Below are positions 1 through 5,936 of a DNA stretch of 10,134 nucleotides, piece after piece (within the stretch, counting starts at the first letter, position 1; each line of letters starts with the position of its first letter). The position numbers were made by a program, and so were the translations under genes. The stretch comes from Vulcanimicrobiota bacterium (GTDB lineage Bacteria; Vulcanimicrobiota; Vulcanimicrobiia; Vulcanimicrobiales; Vulcanimicrobiaceae), in the NCBI GenBank assembly GCA_003133025.1, contig PKZK01000088.1:146-10279 (forward strand). The letters are read 5' to 3'. The notes beneath the pieces were generated by a model that saw only the letters and a program-made list of their open reading frames with translations, made no database searches and was not told where the DNA came from.

Positions 1-450
1 CTTGTCGAACGGGTCGCCGCTCGCGACGTAGGTTGCGATCTCGGTCTCGTCGAGCGGGTGGAATCTGACTCGCGTCGTCTCCGCTCCCGTGATCCGTCGA
101 CCCGACGGGCCGTCGATCAGCGCGTAGGCGGTGTGCACGAGATGCTGCCGGCCGGAGAGCAGGCGCAGCATCGCTGCGGCCTCGGCTGCGTCGCGCGGTT
201 TCCCGAGCGCCGTGCCGTCGACGTCGACGACCGTATCCGCAGCCACGATCACGCGTGAACCGTCGCGGGTCGCAACCGCGTCTGCTTTCGCAGCCGCGTG
301 CAAGCCCGCCAGTTCGCGAGGGTCATAACCGGGGCGCTCTCCTTCGTCGACGTTGCTCGGGACCACCAGTACGCGCAGGCCGAGCGAGTTCAGCAGCTCG
401 CGGCGCCTCGGCGAAGCGCTCGCGAGCAAGATCTCATGCAGTTCGCGCAC
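1..450 (-). CDS. maf: Maf family nucleoside triphosphate pyrophosphatase (3' end truncated by window edge)
   Basis: Manual translation from GTG at 448-450: MRELHEILLASASPRRRELLNSLGLRVLVVPSNVDE...VIVAADTVVDVDGTALGKPRDAAEAAAMLRLLSGRQHLVHT...RVRFHPLDETEIATYVASGDPFDK. It has the Maf hallmarks LASASPRR, AADTVV, LGKP, MLxxLSGxxH and the start of the DKAG motif at the edge. Absent from the ORF track because there is no stop in the window. Confidence 0.95.
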   Translation of the reverse strand, partial: MRELHEILLASASPRRRELLNSLGLRVLVVPSNVDEGERPGYDPRELAGLHAAAKADAVATRDGSRVIVAADTVVDVDGTALGKPRDAAEAAAMLRLLSGRQHLVHTAYALIDGPSGRRITGAETTRVRFHPLDETEIATYVASGDPFDK

Positions 451-528
451 TGACCGTCGTTCGATTCAGTATAGAAAACGCATAGCCCGTTTGTATAGCG
501 CGAAAGCAAAAACTTTTCCGGTTCGGGG
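451..528 (-). promoter_or_regulatory. Putative internal promoter region for maf
   Basis: AT-rich intergenic stretch in GC-rich DNA. Minus-strand TATACT (-10-like) at 468-473, 17 nt upstream of the maf GTG. No convincing -35 (ATACAA or TATACA at 17-18 bp spacing). Confidence 0.45.
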
Positions 529-972
529 TCATTGATAGACCTTGCCGTCGACGCGCACGTAGCCTGCCGGGTGACGGAAGCGCGGGTCGCGATGCGTGTA
601 ATGGATCAAACCGCCGCGCGGATCGTAGATGTATTCGCCGCGGACTTCGACGTCCGAGCCTGGCTGGAGCGGAATCGGCCCGGTCAAATCGGTGTTGTCT
701 TCCACCCGAACGGTCAAGCCGCGCCCGGCCGCTCCGCGCAGGTGCAGGAGAAAGCCCTCGTGCTCTCCGCTCGGTCCTGCCCGCGTACCCAGCAGGTGCG
801 CGACGCTGCCCGACGCCGTAACTTGCACGTGCGAGCGATGTTCGCTCCAGGCGGCGTACACCGCGCCGTTGCCGTCGTCGCCGCCGCTCGAACCGGCGCA
901 GCCCGCGAAGAGCGCCGACGCGGCGAGCGCAAAGGTAGCGAGCGCAAAGGCGGCGAGCCGCTCAGACCGCAT
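529..972 (-). CDS. DUF3465-like domain predicted lipoprotein
   Basis: N-terminal MRSER plus hydrophobic stretch plus lipobox LFAG-C (Cys25). The C-terminal pattern NTDL...GSDVEVRGEYIYDPRGGLIHYTHRDPRFRHPAGYVRVDGKVYQ matches my recollection of the DUF3465 consensus (GEY..N..GG.IHWTH.DP..RH..GW). The start overlaps the lysA 3' end by 11 nt (962-972). Confidence 0.8.
   Translation of the reverse strand: MRSERLAAFALATFALAASALFAGCAGSSGGDDGNGAVYAAWSEHRSHVQVTASGSVAHLLGTRAGPSGEHEGFLLHLRGAAGRGLTVRVEDNTDLTGPIPLQPGSDVEVRGEYIYDPRGGLIHYTHRDPRFRHPAGYVRVDGKVYQ
923..950. repeat. 15-bp-period tandem duplication GCGAGCGCAAAGG x2 in the signal-peptide coding region
   Basis: Identical 13-mers at 923-935 and 938-950, with a partial third copy GCGAGC at 953-958. 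Encodes AAFAL-ATFAL-AASAL. Confidence 0.8.
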
Positions 973-2230
973 CGCGCGCCTCGAAAGCCAAGAGCACGTC
1001 GTGCGGTTCGCGGTGGATTACCGTGTAATGCCGTCCGCCGCCCGCGAAGACGACCGCCGGACGCGGGAAGCGATTGTAGTTGCTCGACATGCTGAACGTG
1101 TAGGCGCCGGTGCTGCGCATGCCGATGAGGTCGCCCGCTCGCACGTCCGAAGGCAGGGTCGCGCGGCCGAGTTCGTCGCTCTCGCAGGAGCGTCCGCAGA
1201 TGAGCGCTTCGTCACATTCGTCCGGGAACGGCCGGCCCAGCGCAAAGGGTGCGTGGTCGGCGCCGTAGAGCGCCGGCCGGGGATTGTCGGCCAGGCCGCC
1301 GTCCACGATGACGATCCGGCGGTTGCCTTCCCCCTTCACCGTGACGACGCGGTACAAGCTCGTGCCGGCCTCGGCCACGACCGAGCGGCCGGGTTCGATG
1401 CCCAGGCGCGGCAGGGCGCGCTCCGAGCCCACGCGCTTGCCGAGATCGCGCAGCCGCCCGAGCGCCGCGCCGAGCAAGGCGGCGGCTTCGAAACGTTCGC
1501 CGCCGCGTGCGTTCGAGACGCCGAAGCCGCCGCCGAGGATCAACTCTTCCAGCGGCGCGCCGTGCGCTCTACCTTCCAGGTACAGGTCGTAGAGAACGTC
1601 CAGCGTCCGGAGATACGGCTCGATCGCGAAGATGTTGGAGCCGATGTGCGCGTGCAAACCAACGAGCCGCAGGCCGGGCGCGTCCTTCACGCGCGCAAAC
1701 GCCGCGACGAGATCGTCGGGCGCGAAGCCGAATTTCGATTCGTGGCCCGCGGTGCGCACGGAGCGGTGCGTGTCGGCCTCCACGCCGGGATTGACGCGCA
1801 GCAGCACGTCGAGCGGCCGTCCGGTATCGTTTGCGAGCGCGCTCAAGAGGTCCAATTCGTCGCGATGGTCGATGACCAGCCGCCCGACGCGACCGTCGAG
1901 TGCGGCCTGCAACTCTTCGACCGTCTTGCCGCAACCGTGAAAGGTCAGCCGCGCGACCGGGAAGCGGGCTCGTTCGGCAACGAGCAATTCGCCGAGCGAA
2001 CACACGTCCAAGCCGAGCCCGGCGGCCGCAACGCGCTCCGCGAGCGCGGTGAAGAGCAGCGCCTTGCCCGCATACGAAACGTTGACGTCGAACTCGGCCG
2101 AGAGCGCGGCGTAGCGCGCGAGCGCCGCGTCCAACACGTCGCGGTCGATGACCAGCAGCGGCGTACCGTATGCTTCGGCCAGGTCGACGGCGGGCACGCC
2201 GCCGATCCGGATCTGCGGGTATTCAGGCAT
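962..2230 (-). CDS. lysA: Diaminopimelate decarboxylase (PLP fold III)
   Basis: YGTPL, YAGKA (PLP lysine), DVCSLGEL, LLRVNPG...HRSVRTAGHESKFG, HAHIGS, GGGFG, EPGRS, VDGG...RPALYGA, GRSCES, TGAYTFSMSSNYNRFPRPAVV. 422 aa. The ATG overlaps the nadD stop (8 nt). Confidence 0.95.
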   Translation of the reverse strand: MPEYPQIRIGGVPAVDLAEAYGTPLLVIDRDVLDAALARYAALSAEFDVNVSYAGKALLFTALAERVAAAGLGLDVCSLGELLVAERARFPVARLTFHGCGKTVEELQAALDGRVGRLVIDHRDELDLLSALANDTGRPLDVLLRVNPGVEADTHRSVRTAGHESKFGFAPDDLVAAFARVKDAPGLRLVGLHAHIGSNIFAIEPYLRTLDVLYDLYLEGRAHGAPLEELILGGGFGVSNARGGERFEAAALLGAALGRLRDLGKRVGSERALPRLGIEPGRSVVAEAGTSLYRVVTVKGEGNRRIVIVDGGLADNPRPALYGADHAPFALGRPFPDECDEALICGRSCESDELGRATLPSDVRAGDLIGMRSTGAYTFSMSSNYNRFPRPAVVFAGGGRHYTVIHREPHDVLLAFEARDAV

Positions 2231-2840
2231 CGGCGTGCACCGGGCCCGCGTAGAGCCGCCGCCGCGCGATGTAGCGTTCCACCGCGTCGGGGACCAAATA
2301 GCGAATGCTGCCGCCGCGCGCGAGTTGCGTGCGCACCAGCGTCGCCGAGCCGTTGAGTGCGGGCAGGTCGAGAACGACGAACTTTTCGGCCTCGGCCTCG
2401 GAGAGCCCGGCGAGGAAGTCGTCCAGACGTTGCGGCTCGCGCTGGGCGCGCGGCGCGATTGCGAAACAATCCAAATTGGCCAGCACCGTATCGAAGCGTT
2501 GCCACGGCGAATCGACCAGCGAATCGCCGCCCACCACGAACGTCAGCCGGTCGTGCGGATGGCGCGCGCGCACGCGCGGCATCAGGTCGGCGGTGTAGCC
2601 GGTCGCATCGCCGGCGAGATCCGCTTCGTCGAGTGCGAAGGCCGGATTCGCGGCGAGCGCGAGGCGCAACATGGAAAGCCTGTCTTCCACGTTCGCAACC
2701 GGCGGCGTGCGATAGTGCGCGCCGCGCGTGGGCAAGAAGATCATGCGCTCGAGTCCGAGTTCCACGCGCGCCGCTTCGGCGACGAAGAGATGCGCGTTAT
2801 GCACCGGATCGAAGGTGCCGCCGAAGAGTCCGATCTTCAC
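2223..2840 (-). CDS. nadD: Nicotinate-nucleotide adenylyltransferase
   Basis: KIGLFGGTFDPVHNAHL, RLSMLRLA, GYTAD, FVVGGDS...W, SATLVR...IRYLVPDAVERYIARRRLY. GTG start with GGAG about 9 nt upstream. Its position after obg is typical. Confidence 0.92.
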   Translation of the reverse strand: MKIGLFGGTFDPVHNAHLFVAEAARVELGLERMIFLPTRGAHYRTPPVANVEDRLSMLRLALAANPAFALDEADLAGDATGYTADLMPRVRARHPHDRLTFVVGGDSLVDSPWQRFDTVLANLDCFAIAPRAQREPQRLDDFLAGLSEAEAEKFVVLDLPALNGSATLVRTQLARGGSIRYLVPDAVERYIARRRLYAGPVHADA

Positions 2841-2904
2841 CGCTCGAGGCTCCGATCGCCGTCACGCGCGCCGTGTTCGCCGAGCGCGAAACGCGATGCG
2901 GCGC

Positions 2905-4170
2905 TCACGAATAGTCGAACTCGTGTCCGGCGATGCGCACGGTGTCGCCGTCCTTCGCACCCAACTCGCGCAAGCGTTTGTCGACGCCCATCTTCGCCAG
3001 AATCGACTCGAAGCGGCCGAGTCCCTCGTCGCTGTCGAAATCGGTCATTGCGGCCAGCCGCTCGATGCGCTCGCCGCTGACGACGAACGCGCCGTCCTCG
3101 GCCACGTCGATCTCGAACGGCTCGCGCGGCGCGAGCACGAAGCGCGGCGCGTCGCCCACGGCCACGTCGGGCGCCGGCGTTTCGCGCGCGATGCGATAGG
3201 CGGCGAAGAGCAGTTCGCGCACGCCTTCGCCGGTGGCGGCGGAGATGCCGAAGACGTCGGGCAACTCGCCGCGCAATTCGGTGAAGCGCTCCCGCGCCTC
3301 GGGAATGTCGAGCTTGGTCACCACGTTGAGGATCGGCCGCGACAAGAGCGTCTCGTTCCACAGGCGCAATTCGTTTTCGATCGTGGCTTTGTCGGCCAGG
3401 ATCTCCGCGCGCTCGCGATTGCCGTCCATCAAATGGAGTAAGACGCGCGTGCGCTCGACGTGACGCAGAAAGCGATCGCCCAACCCCGAACCGGCGTGCG
3501 CGCCCTCGATCAAGCCCGGGATGTCGACCATCACGAACGACTCTTCGGGTCCCAGGCGCACCACGCCGAGTTGGGGCTCGAGCGTCGTGAACGGATAGTC
3601 GGCGATCTTGGGCCGGGCGGCCGAGGCCGCGGCCAGCAGCGTCGACTTGCCCGCGTTGGGCAGGCCGATGAGGCCGACGTCGGCCAGCAGTTTGAGTTCG
3701 AGCCGCAGCGTGCAGCTCTCGGCCGGTTCGCCCTTCTCCGCGAAGCGGGGCGCCTGCCGGCTGCTGGTCGCGAAGTGCTGGTTGCCCAGGCCTCCGCGTC
3801 CCCCGCGGGCTACGCGCACGCGTTCGCCTTCGGTGCTGAGGTCGGCCAGGAGATACTCGCGGCCGTCGTCGCCGACCCGGTAGGCCAGCGTGCCCATCGG
3901 CACCGGAATGATCAGGTCTTCGGCGCTGCGACCGGACTTGTTGGACGTCGAGCCCGCCTTGCCGGCCTCGGCCGCGAACTGCTTCTTGAAGCGGAACTCG
4001 ATCAGGGTGGAGAGTTCGGCCGTGGCTTCGAGCACCACGTCGCCGCCCCGGCCGCCGTCGCCGCCCGCCGGGCCGCCCTTGGGCACGTACTTCTCGCGGC
4101 GCCAGGCCACGATGCCGTCGCCGCCGCGGCCGCCGGAGACGCCGATGGTCGCCTCGTCGATGAACTGCAT
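2905..4170 (-). CDS. obgE: Obg/CgtA family GTPase with C-terminal (OCT/DUF1967-type) domain
   Basis: Gly-rich Obg fold (FIDEA...GGRGGDG...RREKYVPKGGPAGGDGGRGGDV), G1 GLPNAGKS, G2 ADYPFTT, G3 DIPG, G4 TKLD, G5 ISA, C-terminal ...LRELGAKDGDTVRIAGHEFDY. Confidence 0.98.
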   Translation of the reverse strand: MQFIDEATIGVSGGRGGDGIVAWRREKYVPKGGPAGGDGGRGGDVVLEATAELSTLIEFRFKKQFAAEAGKAGSTSNKSGRSAEDLIIPVPMGTLAYRVGDDGREYLLADLSTEGERVRVARGGRGGLGNQHFATSSRQAPRFAEKGEPAESCTLRLELKLLADVGLIGLPNAGKSTLLAAASAARPKIADYPFTTLEPQLGVVRLGPEESFVMVDIPGLIEGAHAGSGLGDRFLRHVERTRVLLHLMDGNRERAEILADKATIENELRLWNETLLSRPILNVVTKLDIPEARERFTELRGELPDVFGISAATGEGVRELLFAAYRIARETPAPDVAVGDAPRFVLAPREPFEIDVAEDGAFVVSGERIERLAAMTDFDSDEGLGRFESILAKMGVDKRLRELGAKDGDTVRIAGHEFDYS

Positions 4171-4189
4171 CAGCCGCCGCCCGACCCGG

Positions 4190-4216
4190 AAAACAAAAAG
4201 AGCCCTAAGGCTCTTT
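4190..4216 (-). terminator. Putative intrinsic terminator downstream of rpmA
   Basis: Perfect 8-bp inverted repeat AAAGAGCC (4197-4204) / GGCTCTTT (4209-4216) with a 4-nt loop. The minus strand reads AAAGAGCC-TTAG-GGCTC-TTTTTGTTTT, i.e. a hairpin followed by a U tract. Confidence 0.75.
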
Positions 4217-4240
4217 GGAGGGGCGGCGGAAGCGAAAGCT

Positions 4241-4525
4241 TCAGGCCGCGCCCTCGGCGAGCACGTGGACGTGCTTGCGATTGCGCTTCTCGGCGAAGTG
4301 AACCCGGCCCGCGACCAGCGCGAAGAGGGTATTATCCTTACCCATGCCTACGCCCGTGCCGGGGTAGAATTTCGTGCCGCGCTGGCGGACGAGGATGTTA
4401 CCGGCCAGCACCTGCTCGCCGCCGTACTTCTTGATGCCCAGGCGCTGGGCATTGGAGTCGCGGCCGTTGCGGGTGGACCCGGCGCCCTTCTTGGACGCGA
4501 AAAGTTGGAGGTCGAACGTGAACAT
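4241..4525 (-). CDS. rpmA: 50S ribosomal protein L27 (bL27) with 9-aa N-terminal extension
   Basis: The likely start is the ATG at 4523-4525 (not 4576 as in the ORF track): [70 protein letters not shown]..., 94 aa, directly upstream of obgE as usual. Confidence 0.97.
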   Translation of the reverse strand: MFTFDLQLFASKKGAGSTRNGRDSNAQRLGIKKYGGEQVLAGNILVRQRGTKFYPGTGVGMGKDNTLFALVAGRVHFAEKRNRKHVHVLAEGAA

Positions 4526-4535
4526 GACGGGCGTA

Positions 4536-4564
4536 AGTATACACGGCGCCGCGCCCGGGCGCAA
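4536..4564 (-). promoter_or_regulatory. Sigma70/SigA-type promoter for rpmA
   Basis: Minus strand TTGCGC (-35; 4559-4564), 17-bp spacer, TATACT (-10; 4536-4541), 10 nt upstream of the rpmA ATG. Confidence 0.7.
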
Positions 4565-4667
4565 CCGCGAGGGCACGTCCTGCGGATAGAAGGAGCAGGC
4601 TTACGTTGAGGCGCCGCGATAGAACCTGGGCGCCGCTGGAACGGACGCGGCTGGTAGAAGGGATACG

Positions 4668-5933
4668 TTGAGCACGAATTTGCCCAAGAAGCGGGTGGTT
4701 ATCACCGGACTTGGTGCCGTCACGCCGCTGGGAAACACCACGGCCGACTTTTGGTCGGCGCTGGTGGCCGGGCGCAGCGGGATCGGCCCCATCACGGCTT
4801 TCGACGTGGTCGCCGCGGGTCTGCGCTGTCGCATCGCCGCCGAGGTCAAGGGGTTCGATCCCGACGCCTCGATCGGCCGTCGCGACGCCCGGCGCATGGA
4901 CCGCTACGCGCAGATGGCCTTCGTGGCCGCCAAGGAGGCGGTTGCCGACGCGGCCTTCCCGGACGACCGCGAGATCCGCGACCGGACGGGCGTGCTCGTG
5001 GCCACCGGCATCGGCGGCATCACGACGGTCCAGGACACGGTGACCAAGGCCCGCGAGATCGGCACCTCGAGCCGCATCAGCCCCTTCTTCGTGCCCATGC
5101 TCATGGGCAACGCGGCCTCGGCGCAGATCTCCATGAAGGAAGGCTTCCGCGGGCCGATGTTCGCGGTCTCGAGCGCGTGCGCCAGTTCTAACGACGGGCT
5201 GGGCTTGGCCTACGATTTCATCGCGCGCGGCGACGCGGTGGCGATGGTCGCCGGCGGCTCCGAAGCGACGATCATCGACATCGCGATGGGCGGCTTCGAT
5301 TCGATGAAGGCGCTCTCGACGCGCAACGACGAGCCCGAGCGTGCGAGCCGCCCGTTCGATCGCGAGCGCGACGGTTTCGTGTTGGCCGAAGGCGCCGCCA
5401 TTCTGATCCTCGAGGAATTGGAGTTCGCCCGAGCGCGCGGCGCGCGCATCTACGCCGAACTCTTGGGCTACGGACAGTCGGCCGACGCGCACGACATCGT
5501 GGCCGTCGATCCCACCGGCAGCGGCGTGGAGCTCGCGCTGCGCCGCGCATTCGCCTCGTGCGGCATCACGCCGGATCGAGTCGATTACGTCAACGCGCAC
5601 GGCACCTCGACGCCGATCGGCGATCCCGCCGAGTCGCAAGCGTTGGGCCGGGTGATCGGCGCAAACGGCCATGCTTTCGCGGTGAGTTCGACGAAGAGCA
5701 TGCACGGTCACGCCCTCGGCGCCGCCGGCGCCTTCGAAGGCGTGGCCACCGCACTGACCATCTACCACGGGATCATTCCGCCCACGATCAACTACGATTT
5801 CCCCGACCCCGAATGTACGCTCGACTACGTGCCCAACGTGGCGCGCAAGGCCGACGTCAACATCGCGCTGTCCAATTCGTTCGGCTTCGGCGGGCACAAT
5901 AGCGTCGTCGTCTTCGGGAAGTACCGGGAGTAG
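4668..5933 (+). CDS. fabF: 3-oxoacyl-[acyl-carrier-protein] synthase II
   Basis: KRVVITGLGAVTPLG, RRMDRYAQ, SPFFVP, SACAS (catalytic Cys), SRPFDRERDGFVLAEGA, YVNAHGTST, TKSMHGHALGAAG, NSFGFGGHN: Cys-His-His triad. TTG start after AAGGGA; an alternative GTG start a few codons downstream is possible. Confidence 0.97.
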   Translation: MSTNLPKKRVVITGLGAVTPLGNTTADFWSALVAGRSGIGPITAFDVVAAGLRCRIAAEVKGFDPDASIGRRDARRMDRYAQMAFVAAKEAVADAAFPDDREIRDRTGVLVATGIGGITTVQDTVTKAREIGTSSRISPFFVPMLMGNAASAQISMKEGFRGPMFAVSSACASSNDGLGLAYDFIARGDAVAMVAGGSEATIIDIAMGGFDSMKALSTRNDEPERASRPFDRERDGFVLAEGAAILILEELEFARARGARIYAELLGYGQSADAHDIVAVDPTGSGVELALRRAFASCGITPDRVDYVNAHGTSTPIGDPAESQALGRVIGANGHAFAVSSTKSMHGHALGAAGAFEGVATALTIYHGIIPPTINYDFPDPECTLDYVPNVARKADVNIALSNSFGFGGHNSVVVFGKYRE

Positions 5934-5936
5934 ATT

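Noticed and set aside
450..464. LexA-box-like GAAC-N4-GTCA just before maf
   Set aside because: The right half-site has two mismatches to GAAC-N4-GTTC; insufficient support.
466..483. Tiny minus-strand ORF MRFLY upstream of maf
   Set aside because: Only five codons, no SD, and it overlaps the putative -10 box; most likely chance.
962..2230. LysA motif variants (CESDE rather than CESGD; HIGSNI rather than HIGSQI) suggesting another decarboxylase
   Set aside because: The PLP lysine, HIGS, EPGR, CES, RPALY and SNYN motifs all fit DAP decarboxylase; the differences look like ordinary divergence.
629..2356. 575-aa plus-strand ORF (also 2148..3080 and 3460..4434)
   Set aside because: Antisense shadows of lysA, nadD and obgE caused by high-GC codon bias; no recognisable motifs.
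4526..4576. 17-aa upstream extension of rpmA in the ORF track
   Set aside because: It overlaps the predicted promoter; the ATG at 4523-4525 gives the recognised extended-L27 N-terminus.
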